A stretch of DNA of 63,852 bases from Calditrichota bacterium (GTDB lineage: Bacteria; Calditrichota; Calditrichia; Calditrichales; J004): positions 1-63,852 of the forward strand of contig CAVRRG010000055.1 of NCBI GenBank assembly GCA_963723365.1, read 5' to 3'. The position numbers and the translations under genes are program-made. Within the stretch, counting starts at the first letter, position 1; each line of letters starts with the position of its first letter. Below are positions 37,923 through 48,651 of this stretch, piece by piece. The notes below the pieces were generated by a model, which saw nothing but the letters and a program-made list of their open reading frames with translations, made no database searches and was not told the origin of the DNA.

Positions 37923-39815
37923 TTATTGAGTAATAGATTCCAGCTCTTGCCAGCGCGCATATGCCTGTTCAAGTTTTGTTTCTATTTCTTCAACCTGGGT
38001 ACTGGCTTTAACAACTTCATCGCTATCCTTGTAAAATTCAGGATCAGACATTTTTAGATGCAATGCAGCAATATCCGCTTCCATTTTTTCGATTCTGGAA
38101 GGCAGTTCTTTCAGTTCTTTAGCGTCATTATAGGAAAGTTTGGCTTTGCGTTTAGTTTTCTTTTCCTGCTGGTAAGCATCTTTTTTACTCGGGTACTTAT
38201 TTGAATTTCTATTTTCTGCAGGCGTCTTTGTCTGCCGCAACCAATCATCATAGCCACCAAAATATTCTTTAACGTTTCCATTTTCTCCAAAAGCGTAAAT
38301 ACTGGTTACCACATTATTTAAAAATTCGCGATCGTGAGAAATAAGTAAAAGTGTCCCGCTAAAATTTACCAGCAATTCTTCGAGCAATTCCAGAGTTTCG
38401 GCGTCAAGATCATTTGTGGGTTCATCCAGGATTAAAAAATTTGAAGGTTGTGTAAATAGTTTAGCCAGAAGCAGCCTGTTCCGTTCTCCACCGGAGAGAT
38501 TTAAGATTGGTGTCTTAGCCCGTTCCGGTGTAAAAAGAAAATCCTGTAAATAGGATATGATGTGTTTGTTATGGCCATTTATCGTTACAGTGTCACCATT
38601 GGGCAAAACATTTTCCCATACGTTTTTACTTTCATCCAATTCAGTTCGTAACTGATCAAAGTAGGTGATTGATAAATTACTCCCCAATGCAACATTGCCG
38701 GATGTGCTTTTAATTTTTTTTAGAAGAATATTTACTAACGTTGTTTTTCCACAGCCGTTGGGACCGATAATCCCAATTTTATCACCACGGGATATCATTG
38801 AAGAAAAGTCCTTTATCAGAGGCGCTTTATCATAACGAAAAGAAATATTACGGGCATCAATAACGTCTTTTCCAGATAGACCAGCTGCAGACACTTTTAT
38901 GGCAGCCGTTCCTTCTTTGTGGCGACGTGCCTGGCGCTCTTTGCGCATCTTTTTCAGGGCTCGCACACGTCCTTCGTTGCGGGTGCGGCGTGCCCTTATC
39001 CCTTTGCGTATCCAGGATTCTTCCTGGGAGAGTTTTTTATCAAACTCTTTCCATTCTTTTTCTTCAGAATCCAGCACAGCTTGTTTTCTTTTTAAAAACG
39101 TTTCGTAATCACAGGACCAGTCTGTTAATTTTCCACGGTCTAATTCAACAATGCGTGTAGCCAATCGTCGCAGCAGCATACGATCATGAGTTACAAAAAG
39201 CAGTGTAATATTTTGACGAGTAAGAAACTCTTCCATCCAGTTTATAGAATCAATATCAAGGTGGTTAGTCGGTTCATCTAATAACAGCAGATCGGGTTTT
39301 GCAACCAGGGCTGCTGCTAACATAACGCGTCTTTTCTGACCACCGGAAAGATTATCATAATGCTGATCTGCTTCAAGACTCATATGTGACAGAATTTGGT
39401 TTATATCTTCAACAGCACCCCAAGCCTGATGTTTATCGATCTCATCATGAAGATTATGAAACTCTTTATGATCTTTTTCAGGATTCTGGGTGATTGAAAT
39501 TTCCTCATGATGATATTTTACTAAAAGCTCTCCCTGGATGCCCAGGCCTTTAGCAACAATATGAAAAACATTACTTTGCATCTTTTGCGGAATGCTTTGG
39601 CTAAAATAAGAAATACGTAGGCCCTGTTTTTTCTGGACAAGACCTGCATCGGGTTGAATTTCTCCGGCCAGAATTTTCATTAAGGTAGACTTACCTGTTC
39701 CATTTCGACCAAGGAGACAAATGCGTTGTTTCTTTTCGATCTGCAGACTAATGTTTTCAAGCAGGAGAGGACCGCCAAAACGCATGCTAATATTTTGAAG
39801 GGCGATTAAAGACAT
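37923..39815 (-). CDS. uup: ABC-F family ATPase Uup
   Basis: Two ABC cassettes (GRNGTGKST, GPNGCGKTT), IRARRTRNEGRVRALK linker, C-terminal coiled coil. Confidence 0.9.
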   Translation of the reverse strand: MSLIALQNISMRFGGPLLLENISLQIEKKQRICLLGRNGTGKSTLMKILAGEIQPDAGLVQKKQGLRISYFSQSIPQKMQSNVFHIVAKGLGIQGELLVKYHHEEISITQNPEKDHKEFHNLHDEIDKHQAWGAVEDINQILSHMSLEADQHYDNLSGGQKRRVMLAAALVAKPDLLLLDEPTNHLDIDSINWMEEFLTRQNITLLFVTHDRMLLRRLATRIVELDRGKLTDWSCDYETFLKRKQAVLDSEEKEWKEFDKKLSQEESWIRKGIRARRTRNEGRVRALKKMRKERQARRHKEGTAAIKVSAAGLSGKDVIDARNISFRYDKAPLIKDFSSMISRGDKIGIIGPNGCGKTTLVNILLKKIKSTSGNVALGSNLSITYFDQLRTELDESKNVWENVLPNGDTVTINGHNKHIISYLQDFLFTPERAKTPILNLSGGERNRLLLAKLFTQPSNFLILDEPTNDLDAETLELLEELLVNFSGTLLLISHDREFLNNVVTSIYAFGENGNVKEYFGGYDDWLRQTKTPAENRNSNKYPSKKDAYQQEKKTKRKAKLSYNDAKELKELPSRIEKMEADIAALHLKMSDPEFYKDSDEVVKASTQVEEIETKLEQAYARWQELESITQ

Positions 39816-39817
39816 TT

Positions 39818-42268
39818 CTATCTTTTCAATCTCAGACTGTTTAAAACTACTGAAATAGAGCTCATGGCCATAGCCATAGCTGCAAAAGCAGGGTTAAAAG
39901 CTATCCCGAATAGAAGGTAAAGAGCACCTGCAGCAGACGGCAGCATCAGCAGGTTGTAGCCAAAAGCCCAAACCAGGTTCTGCTTAATTATTTTCTCTGT
40001 TTTTCCGGCCAGCTTAATTGTTTTCAATAATAGCGTTAAATCCGGTTTAAGAAAAACAATGTCCGCCGCATCAATAGCCACATCAGTACCCTCAGCCAGG
40101 GCTATGCCTATATCGGCCCGTGTAAGCGCCACGGCATCATTCACCCCATCACCAATCATGGCCACGACTTTTCCTTCTTTTTGAATTTGTTTTACAATAG
40201 ATCCTTTTACTTGAGGCGGTTGTTCGGCATAGACTTTTTCAATATTCAGTTTAGCGGCAATCAATTCGGCTGTTTTTTGACCGTCACCTGTAACCATGGC
40301 CGATTCAATTTTTTGCTTCTTTAGTAACCTTACAACTTCATGAGACTCAGGTCGGATAGCATCAGCCAAAGAAATTACAGCAAGCAGTCCCTTTGTATCT
40401 TGTCCTACATAAATCAGGATGCTTTCTTCAGCAACCAGTTTAGCGATTTGACTTTCTGTTTCTTGGGTAATTTTAATTGCCATTGCCTGCATAAGTTTGG
40501 CGTTCCCGACACCTGTGCTTCTTCCTTCAAATTTTCCACGAATCCCAAATCCTGTTAGTATTTCAACATTTTCAGCGGATAATAGTTTTAACTTTTTTTT
40601 CTGTGCATGTTTAATAATGGCTTTGGCAATAGGGTGCGCAGAGTTGCTCTCCAGGGAGGCTGTCATTTGCAGGATATTACTTTCTTCACCCCTAAACACT
40701 TTTATCGATTCAAAAGCGAGGTTGCCATAAGTTAATGTTCCTGTTTTATCAAACAATACGGTGTCCAGGGTTAGCAGTTTTTCCATTACGGAAGCATCTT
40801 TGATAAGTATACCGCTGGAGGCTGCCTTGCCCATTGAGACAACAATTGCTGTAGGAGTAGCAAGTCCCAGGGCGCAAGGACAAGCAATTACAATAACATT
40901 TATAAAATGCATAAGCGATATACTGATTTCCGCGCCGCTTATTATCCATACCGCAAAGGTTAATAGCGCTGCAAGAATAACGGCGGGAACAAAAACAGCA
41001 GCAATTTTATCTACAAACTGCTGAACCGGCGGTTGACTGTTTTGTGCTTTTCGTACCCATTGCATTATTTGCCCAAGGGCTGTATCAGCGCCTGTTTTTA
41101 GTACTTTGATTGTTAACTTACCACCCCTGTTGATTGTCCCGGTTAACAGCAGTTGCCCCTTTTGTTTTTGCGCTGGCAGACTTTCTCCACTAAGCATCGC
41201 TTCATCAATTTCAGCAATTTGTGATAACAAAATTCCATCCGCCGGAATCCGTTCACCATTTTTTACAAGGCATTCGTCATTTGGCTGAAGACTGGAAACC
41301 ATCACCATACTGGCTTTGCCCTTAACGATTTTGCGAGCTTGCTCCGGCTGAAGCCTTGTTAAAGATTGCAGCGCCCTCCCTGTCTGTCTGCGGGCCCTGC
41401 TTTCTAAAGATCGTCCTAATAATATAAATCCAACAATAAAAGTAGCAGAGTCGAAAAAAACAGGATAGGAAGCGAAGCTTTCCGGCACTATCCACTTTCC
41501 AACAGAAACAAATGTACTGTAAATAAAGGCCGTGCTTGCTCCTAATCCTACAAGGGTGTTCATATCTGATTTGCCAGGCTTTAATTTTGTAAAAAAGTTG
41601 CTGAAAATTTCTCTCCCGGCAAAAAAGAGCACCCAACCTGTTAATAAAAATGAGATAGCATGACGTAATAGTTCAGGAACAACGCTTATAAAGTTGAAAA
41701 AATGGGGCATAGTCAGGACAAAAACAATCATAGCGGAAGAAATTGAAAGTAAGGCATTTCTAAACTGAATCTTTGCTTTCTCTTCCTTTGCTCTTTCTAA
41801 TTCTTCATCTGCCTCCAGAGATGATTCACGCCACACTATTGTAAGTCCTGTTTCCTTTTTTATAAATCTTTCAACTGTGGGAACAGAAATAATTCCTGGA
41901 ATATATTCGAAAGTAACTGTCTCGTTGGCGGTATTAAAGCGGGCATTTTCCATACCGGGCAGTGCCGATATTTTGTTTTGCAGCGATTTGATTTTTGTAG
42001 GATCATTAAACCCCGGCAATGCAAGCTCCGAAATGCGTGTGCGAACTTTATAGCCTGTTTCAAAAATTTTTTGTATAAGTTCTTCGGCCCGGTTAAGGGA
42101 ACCTATAAATCCGACCGCCGCCTGCTCAGCTGCAAGATTTACATCAACTGAATCAACCCAATCCAGTGATGCCAATCCTTGCTTTACGCGTGCACTACAC
42201 GCTGCACAGGTCATTCCGTCGATGGGCAAAATAATATAGTTTAAATGTGCATCTGCTTCTGTTCTCAT
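39818..42268 (-). CDS. copA: Copper-translocating P1B-type ATPase
   Basis: GMTCAAC, CPCALGLATP, DKTGT, HPIA, GDGVND, YN and MAMSS motifs. Confidence 0.93.
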   Translation of the reverse strand: MRTEADAHLNYIILPIDGMTCAACSARVKQGLASLDWVDSVDVNLAAEQAAVGFIGSLNRAEELIQKIFETGYKVRTRISELALPGFNDPTKIKSLQNKISALPGMENARFNTANETVTFEYIPGIISVPTVERFIKKETGLTIVWRESSLEADEELERAKEEKAKIQFRNALLSISSAMIVFVLTMPHFFNFISVVPELLRHAISFLLTGWVLFFAGREIFSNFFTKLKPGKSDMNTLVGLGASTAFIYSTFVSVGKWIVPESFASYPVFFDSATFIVGFILLGRSLESRARRQTGRALQSLTRLQPEQARKIVKGKASMVMVSSLQPNDECLVKNGERIPADGILLSQIAEIDEAMLSGESLPAQKQKGQLLLTGTINRGGKLTIKVLKTGADTALGQIMQWVRKAQNSQPPVQQFVDKIAAVFVPAVILAALLTFAVWIISGAEISISLMHFINVIVIACPCALGLATPTAIVVSMGKAASSGILIKDASVMEKLLTLDTVLFDKTGTLTYGNLAFESIKVFRGEESNILQMTASLESNSAHPIAKAIIKHAQKKKLKLLSAENVEILTGFGIRGKFEGRSTGVGNAKLMQAMAIKITQETESQIAKLVAEESILIYVGQDTKGLLAVISLADAIRPESHEVVRLLKKQKIESAMVTGDGQKTAELIAAKLNIEKVYAEQPPQVKGSIVKQIQKEGKVVAMIGDGVNDAVALTRADIGIALAEGTDVAIDAADIVFLKPDLTLLLKTIKLAGKTEKIIKQNLVWAFGYNLLMLPSAAGALYLLFGIAFNPAFAAMAMAMSSISVVLNSLRLKR

Positions 42269-42300
42269 CTTCTTTTATTCTTTAATTGTGCATATTTTTA

Positions 42301-42945
42301 TTAAGAAATTCTATATATACTAACCCTGATATCTTTATCACTTTGCCGAACTATTCTATCTTCACGATTATAGGTGAATCCGGATAAAACTATCTTTCCA
42401 AAAAATGAACGCGCAATAGACCTGTTTGGTTCAGCCAGGATAATAAACCCATTTTTTTTTAGTAATAAATGAAATAAAGTAATCAAAGGTTGAAAAAAAC
42501 GTTCTTCATAGGCTACATCTGAAGCAACAATGACATCAAACGTGTCGTCAAGGTCAGGCTTACGCCAATCTAAAAGCTTCAAATCCGGTAAATCTGATAT
42601 ACCGTTTAGTTCAAAATTATTCCTGGTGTTATCTAAAGCCAGCTCTTCATAATCTGTGGCAAGAAGATGATGTGGTTTTGTTTTCATTAAAGCCATGGTC
42701 GTTAAGCCTATGCCGCAGCCCAGTTCAAGTACACTTTTTCCTTTAAATAGCTGATCGTTGACAAGTATATACTCGCTTAAGGCAATCGCAGAAGGCCACA
42801 GCTCAGCCCAATAAGGCAAACGTTCATCCGTATTAAATTCATCGTCAGAAACCTGGTCAACCAGATCATCAAGGTTTTTAACCCGATCCAGAGTAAAGGC
42901 AGATCCAGCAATTTTAATATGATCTCTAAAAAGTTCAATTTCCAT
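42301..42945 (-). CDS. Class I SAM-dependent methyltransferase (Methyltransf_16 / METTL21-like)
   Basis: PYWAELWPSA, VLELGCGIG, ATDY, LDW, ASDVAYE. Confidence 0.85.
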   Translation of the reverse strand: MEIELFRDHIKIAGSAFTLDRVKNLDDLVDQVSDDEFNTDERLPYWAELWPSAIALSEYILVNDQLFKGKSVLELGCGIGLTTMALMKTKPHHLLATDYEELALDNTRNNFELNGISDLPDLKLLDWRKPDLDDTFDVIVASDVAYEERFFQPLITLFHLLLKKNGFIILAEPNRSIARSFFGKIVLSGFTYNREDRIVRQSDKDIRVSIYRIS

Positions 42946-44074
42946 AATTTAAAAACTCTAATACCACCAGCGCCGCTCTTTCAGAAGCGCCACCTTCCCC
43001 CAATTTATCGCGTATAACTTTAAGTTCTTGTCTCTTTTGAAGATTAGCTTTCTCAGAAAGTAGTTTTTTTATTTCCTTTGCAGCTGCTTTTACTGTAAAA
43101 CGATGCTGCAGCAGCTCAACAGCAACCTGTTTTTCAGCAACAATATTTATTAATCCAATATGCTGCACTTTGACAAGCATTCTGCCAAGAAAATATGTCA
43201 GTCCACTTACATGATACACAATGAGAGAGGGAACCTGATATAGCCCGCATTCTAATGTTGCTGTACCTGATGCAACAATAACCGCGTCATACTCAGGCAG
43301 GCAATCCTTAAGCGGTTTTTGGACAAGAGAAATAAAATCATCTTCTTCTTTTAACATGTTGCTGAATAACTCATGAGGGAGGTTTTCCACTTTTACAATT
43401 TCTGCTTTTTGAATAGCGCCTGTTTTAAAAAGAGAACGGGCGGTTTCCAGTATTTTAGGTAGTAAAGTCACCACTTCCTGTTTTCTGCTGCCGGGTAATA
43501 AACCAAGTTTTATTTTACCAGGTTCTATATTTTTTAATTTTTCGGGAAGATATAAGGAGTGTTTATCAACCAAAGGATGTCCTACATATTCAGCTTCAAT
43601 GCCGCGCTGCGCATAAAACTTTTTCTCAAAAGGAAAAAGAACAACCATTTTGTCTACATATTTCTTTATTTTGCTGACACGTCCCTTGCCCCAGGCCCAT
43701 AGTTGCGGGCTTATATAATATATAACAGGAATGGACAGCTTTTTAAGAGATTTAGCTAGTTTTAAATTAAAACCAGGATAGTCTACCAAAATAACGCAAT
43801 CAGGATTATTAACGCGGGCCCATTCAAGAATCGTTTTAAAAACTTTTCGGATAAAGGGCAGGTGTCTTACTATTTCAGCAATTCCTAAAAAAGCCATTTG
43901 GTTTATATCAAAAAGTATATGCATTCCAAGCTTGGCCAGCTCCCTGCCTCCAATGCCATAAAATTCAATTTTGGAGTTATTTTCTTGAATGTGTCTTACC
44001 ATTTCAGCCGCATGGGCATCACCAGACACTTCACCCGTTATAAGTAATATCTTATTGTTTTTTTCTGATTTCAT
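42935..44074 (-). CDS. lpxB: Lipid-A-disaccharide synthase
   Basis: TGEVSGD, VDYPGFN, SPQLWAW, LFPFE, VGHPL, LPGSR, ASGTATLE. Confidence 0.96.
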   Translation of the reverse strand: MKSEKNNKILLITGEVSGDAHAAEMVRHIQENNSKIEFYGIGGRELAKLGMHILFDINQMAFLGIAEIVRHLPFIRKVFKTILEWARVNNPDCVILVDYPGFNLKLAKSLKKLSIPVIYYISPQLWAWGKGRVSKIKKYVDKMVVLFPFEKKFYAQRGIEAEYVGHPLVDKHSLYLPEKLKNIEPGKIKLGLLPGSRKQEVVTLLPKILETARSLFKTGAIQKAEIVKVENLPHELFSNMLKEEDDFISLVQKPLKDCLPEYDAVIVASGTATLECGLYQVPSLIVYHVSGLTYFLGRMLVKVQHIGLINIVAEKQVAVELLQHRFTVKAAAKEIKKLLSEKANLQKRQELKVIRDKLGEGGASERAALVVLEFLNYGN

Positions 44075-44113
44075 TTTATAGGTATGAGTTTTAACCAAAA
44101 AGAATAGTAGCCG

Positions 44114-44941
44114 TTAACTATGAAAAATGGCTGAAAGAAATCCTGTTACAGTGCTCTTGGAACCTCCCATGTCGCCGGAATTCCTGTAGAGTAATACGTT
44201 TGATTTTATTGCGCCCAGCATCTTACTTGCGCCCATTGCAGTAATAACCGGACCTCCTCCGGTGAGCTCAATAGAATTGTCCTGATATTCTTTTGAGAGA
44301 GAATTAAAATCAAAATTCTTTATATGATGAACTGTTGTTTTATCAACCAAAGAGGCTTGATCATAGGAATGATTTGTGGAAAGATTTGAACTGGCTACTA
44401 TAACAACGTTTTTACCTTTTAGCACTTTTCCCAGGGCATCGGTAAGTATTTTTATATTGGATCCGTCCTGATCACCCATGACGATTGGGATAAGCTGAAA
44501 ATCATATAAAACCTGTTGAAGATAAGGTAGCTGAACTTCAATACCATGTTCTTCTCTTTCGTGGCCCAAATCAGAACAAACAATTTTACTATGACAGTCT
44601 GTGAGTTCCTTGACAATATCTTTAGCGATCTCCACTTCTCCAAGAGGAGTAGAATACGCGTCACCATTGTAAATGGATATCTCTTCAAAATAAGTATGAT
44701 GAGCAGGTGAAATGATTACGACATATTCAATCTCCTGCTCCACTAACTGGCAAAAAGCCCTCGCGGCGACTCCACCCGAGATAAGCTGCTTATCACAAGG
44801 TGCAATAATACCATAGATATGACCAGATATATTTACAGGGTGGGCATTCTCTAAGAGCACAGCTACCTCCCTTTCCAGAATCCCCTTTTGCTTTGAATAA
44901 TAATTACCGGCAAATCCCGGCATACGTATTGTTTTTCCCAT
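44114..44941 (-). CDS. AmmeMemoRadiSam system protein B (MEMO1 family), metal-site residues degenerate
   Basis: R.PGFAG.YY, SPAHH, TPLGEV, EHGIEVQLPYLQ, ASSNLS, YRNSGD. Confidence 0.85.
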   Translation of the reverse strand: MGKTIRMPGFAGNYYSKQKGILEREVAVLLENAHPVNISGHIYGIIAPCDKQLISGGVAARAFCQLVEQEIEYVVIISPAHHTYFEEISIYNGDAYSTPLGEVEIAKDIVKELTDCHSKIVCSDLGHEREEHGIEVQLPYLQQVLYDFQLIPIVMGDQDGSNIKILTDALGKVLKGKNVVIVASSNLSTNHSYDQASLVDKTTVHHIKNFDFNSLSKEYQDNSIELTGGGPVITAMGASKMLGAIKSNVLLYRNSGDMGGSKSTVTGFLSAIFHS

Positions 44942-45238
44942 ATTTAAAAATAGTTTCCAATCAAAAAAAATAAGCTGCTTGCAGTCTTGAAATATAAGCT
45001 TTTGTATTTTACTGAACAAAATAAATTAACATTTCGTCAATGATTTTTACCTGCAAGTAATCAATACCGTTTCCACTCTTGCAATTCTGCTGTGTAATAA
45101 ATTTATTAGACAACATGTATAATTTATGTTCAAATGGGCAATTAGTTTCTTCTTTTTTATATAAAAAATAAGTAGCTTTGAAACATTGTTTCAGTGAATA
45201 CGAAGCAAAGTTATATAAAATAATATAGAGACTTTTAG

Positions 45239-46009
45239 ATGGGATTTTTAGGAAAAGCAGTTGGAGCCGGATTAGGCTTTATGGTTGGTGGACCAATCGG
45301 GGCCATCCTGGGCGGTGTATTGGGCCACACATATGATGTAACAAACGATACCGGAAGACAGTATTTTGAGCGTGAAGATCATACCTGGCCGGAGATAGAA
45401 CGTGAATTTGACAGGCAGTACCTGTTTTATGTCAGCCTGGCCTCGCTGGCCGCAAAAATGGCCAAAGCAGACGGAGTTGTATCTGCCAATGAAATTAAAG
45501 CACTGGATAGTTTTTTAAGAAATGATCTGAGGCTTAATGTTGCAGAAAGAAAACAAGTGGCAGCTATTTTTAATGAGGCAAAAGATTCACCTGAAGATGC
45601 CATGGCAATTGCCCGTCAGTTTAGAGCATTAATTGGTTTTCAGCGTGATGTGCTGCATATGATGGTGCAGTTGCTTTTTAAAATTGCCATTGCCGATGGT
45701 AATATTCATCCGCAAGAAGAGAGATTTATTCACAATGTAAGCAAGGCTTTTGGACTTTCAGCAGCAGAATTTCAGCAGCTTGAAGCACTCTTTATCAAAC
45801 AAAACGGCCAGGCCTACCAGGTTCTTGGCGTTACACGAAAGGCTAGTAATGATGAGGTAAAAAAGGCTTATCGCAAACTGGTGCAGGAATTTCACCCGGA
45901 TAGAATGCAGGCCAAAGGTGTTCCCGAAGATTTTATGAAAATTGCCCACGAAAAGATGGCTGAAATAAATAAAGCTTATGATGAAATTTGCAAAGAACGG
46001 GGTATTTAG
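45239..46009 (+). CDS. djlA: DjlA-like co-chaperone (TerB-like + C-terminal J domain)
   Basis: N-terminal GGPIGAILG anchor, AKADG..S..E, C-terminal J domain with HPD. Confidence 0.85.
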   Translation: MGFLGKAVGAGLGFMVGGPIGAILGGVLGHTYDVTNDTGRQYFEREDHTWPEIEREFDRQYLFYVSLASLAAKMAKADGVVSANEIKALDSFLRNDLRLNVAERKQVAAIFNEAKDSPEDAMAIARQFRALIGFQRDVLHMMVQLLFKIAIADGNIHPQEERFIHNVSKAFGLSAAEFQQLEALFIKQNGQAYQVLGVTRKASNDEVKKAYRKLVQEFHPDRMQAKGVPEDFMKIAHEKMAEINKAYDEICKERGI

Positions 46010-46047
46010 ATACTATTATGTGTTATATTAAACTGCTTTAAAGGGAG

Positions 46048-46491
46048 ATGTATAAAATGGATGCCGCACAGCAAGATTTTTATCAAAGATTACGACTAAA
46101 GATTGGTAATTATCTCGAAAAAAATGATTCTAAATACGCTGATATTTTAATGTTAGGACCTGATTTCTTTCATCTTTTAGTTAAATTATCAATGGATCCG
46201 CGTGTTGATAAAATGCACAAAGCAAAACTTGCTTTTGCCATAACATATTTCTTTTCACCAATTGATTTATTACCCGAGTTAATATTCGGTCCATTTGGAT
46301 ACATGGATGACATTGCTCTGACAGCTTATATACTCCATGATTTTATAAACAACAATGATTCAGAGATACTTTATGAACATTGGGCAGGTTCGACTGATAT
46401 TCTGGCATCAATCCAAAATGTTTTGACACTTGCCAACAAATTTTTAGGTGAAGGGCTCTGGAACAAGATCAAAGCCAAAGTTAACAAATAA
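46048..46491 (+). CDS. DUF1232 / YkvA family protein
   Basis: YFFSPIDLLPE..GPFGYMDD. Confidence 0.9.
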   Translation: MYKMDAAQQDFYQRLRLKIGNYLEKNDSKYADILMLGPDFFHLLVKLSMDPRVDKMHKAKLAFAITYFFSPIDLLPELIFGPFGYMDDIALTAYILHDFINNNDSEILYEHWAGSTDILASIQNVLTLANKFLGEGLWNKIKAKVNK

Positions 46492-46661
46492 GTTTCTTTT
46501 AATTACCAAAATTTCATTACCCTCGGCATTAAACTTGCTTCTTATTTGGTTCGATAATAGAAATCCCGTGCAGATAGAATTAAGAATGGTATTTATCCTT
46601 GCATAAATTCATTAAAGTTGTAAAATCATTACACATTCCTTTTTGGGATTACTTTAGGAAT

Positions 46662-48521
46662 ATGAAATTAGTTTATAAACGCATAGTACTTGCTTTAGGA
46701 TTATTTGCCTTTGCTATCTTATTTAGCGGTTATATGATCTACAATGCCTATGAAGGGCTGGGGGAAGATATTGTACGCCGCACTGCCCTGCTCATAGGTG
46801 ATTCAGTCAATGAGGTGTTGGCCAATGCAGCTGATGAAAATCTGGAATCGTTGACAAATACCGAAAAACGTACTGTCCGACGTCTAATGCGCTCTCTTAC
46901 TTCGGAAGCCGGAAATATAATCCATATATTATTAATTAATGATAAGATGCGCATCCTTTTAAGCAGCGATCCCTCAATTGAAGGCAGAGAATATACCTCA
47001 CCCGAGGAACTAGCAAATCTGCAGGGAGACCAGCCCAAAGTGATAACAAAATCCTGGGCCGATGATGTGCGGGTTGTAGATGTTATCCTGCCGCTAAAAA
47101 GCGAAGAAAACTTTGTTTATGGATATCTGCGTCTGGTTCTTTCACAAAAAGGAATCCAAAATTTCTATTCTGATATATCTGTCATCTTTATCCCTATGGC
47201 AGTTGTTTTTGCCATGCTTATTGGTTTTACAGTTTATTTTATTTCTCGTGCCTACAGCAAACCTCTGGAATCTATAGAAAAAATGGCTGAGAATTTAAGT
47301 GCCGGAGATTTTGATTACCGGATTGACTACGCTAAGAAAGACGAGTTTACCGACACCTTTTCTCAAATCAATAAATCGCTGGAAAAAGTTAGTGTGATGA
47401 GTGAAGGTTATAAAAAAGCTGAGAAACGCATCAACGCACTGCTGCAAGCTGTTGATGAAAGTATAATTTTACTGGATCAGAAAAAAGGGGTTTCCAGTTA
47501 TAACGATTCGGCCGTTGAGCTTTTTCAATGCCCGGTTCAAACCATGTTTGAAAAACATTTTGAACAAATTCTTAATTTAAACAGCGAATTAAAGAATGTT
47601 GTTCGCGACAGTTTTGAAACAGAAGAAAATTTCCATGCGCGCGAAATAATCCTTTGGATGCCCGATGGAACGGACATACTTGCCCGTGTGTCAACTTTTG
47701 TTTTCAAAGAAGAAAAAAAGTTGAGCGGCTTATTGCTGACAATTAAGGATCAAAAATCAATCAATGAGCTTCAGAAAAATTTACAAAGATCCATGAAGTT
47801 TGGAGTCGTTGCGAATCTGGCCTCCAGCATCAGTCATGAAATAAAAAATCCTTTATCATCATTGGCCATACATGCAGAAATTCTAAATGTGCGTTTAAAA
47901 GAATTAAAAACTTCCAATTCAGAGGTTTTGGATAAATCGCTTAGTGTTCTGCAAAATGAAGTAAAACGTCTTAACAGGATTATTTCCCAATTTTTCAACC
48001 TGGTACGTATTAAAAAAGCAGATCTTAACCAAATAAATATTAATACGTTAATTAATGATATTTTGGAATTGATAGGCCAGCAGGCTATTGAGCGGGCCAT
48101 TACAATTGAAACAGATTTAAGCAAAACATTGGAAAGGATATATGGTGATCCAGACCAGTTAAAACAGGTTTTTCTCAATATAATATTAAATGCCTTCCAG
48201 GCTATTGACCATGAAGGCACTACGAAAATAAAAACCCATCAAGATGGCAGTAAGGTTGTTATTGAAATAAGTGATGATGGCGGAGGAATGTCAAAAGGAA
48301 TCCAGGAACGCATATTTGAGCTGTATTTTACGACCAAAAAAGACGGCGGCGGCATAGGGATGTCAATTTGTAAAAATATCATTGAAGCCCATGAAGGCAA
48401 AATTTCCTTTGAAAGCATTCTTGAAAAAGGAACCACTTTCTTCATTGAATTACCGCATAAAGATCAAACCACCCTAAAACAGAAAGCAATGAATAAGCAT
48501 CCCGCCGAAACAATGTTATAA
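46662..48521 (+). CDS. Membrane sensor histidine kinase (HAMP, PAS, HisKA, HATPase)
   Basis: Two TMs, SHEIKNPL, QVFLNIILNA, DDGGG, FTTK.DGGGIG. Confidence 0.92.
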   Translation: MKLVYKRIVLALGLFAFAILFSGYMIYNAYEGLGEDIVRRTALLIGDSVNEVLANAADENLESLTNTEKRTVRRLMRSLTSEAGNIIHILLINDKMRILLSSDPSIEGREYTSPEELANLQGDQPKVITKSWADDVRVVDVILPLKSEENFVYGYLRLVLSQKGIQNFYSDISVIFIPMAVVFAMLIGFTVYFISRAYSKPLESIEKMAENLSAGDFDYRIDYAKKDEFTDTFSQINKSLEKVSVMSEGYKKAEKRINALLQAVDESIILLDQKKGVSSYNDSAVELFQCPVQTMFEKHFEQILNLNSELKNVVRDSFETEENFHAREIILWMPDGTDILARVSTFVFKEEKKLSGLLLTIKDQKSINELQKNLQRSMKFGVVANLASSISHEIKNPLSSLAIHAEILNVRLKELKTSNSEVLDKSLSVLQNEVKRLNRIISQFFNLVRIKKADLNQININTLINDILELIGQQAIERAITIETDLSKTLERIYGDPDQLKQVFLNIILNAFQAIDHEGTTKIKTHQDGSKVVIEISDDGGGMSKGIQERIFELYFTTKKDGGGIGMSICKNIIEAHEGKISFESILEKGTTFFIELPHKDQTTLKQKAMNKHPAETML

Positions 48522-48651
48522 TATTTACTAATTATCATTTCTAAAAAAAGCTAATTCCATTAAAGTATTTGCCGTATATGTAAGAATATAAATTAATACG
48601 TTAAAAAAGTATCAATTTTTGCACACAACTCATTTGAAAGGACTCGTAGAA

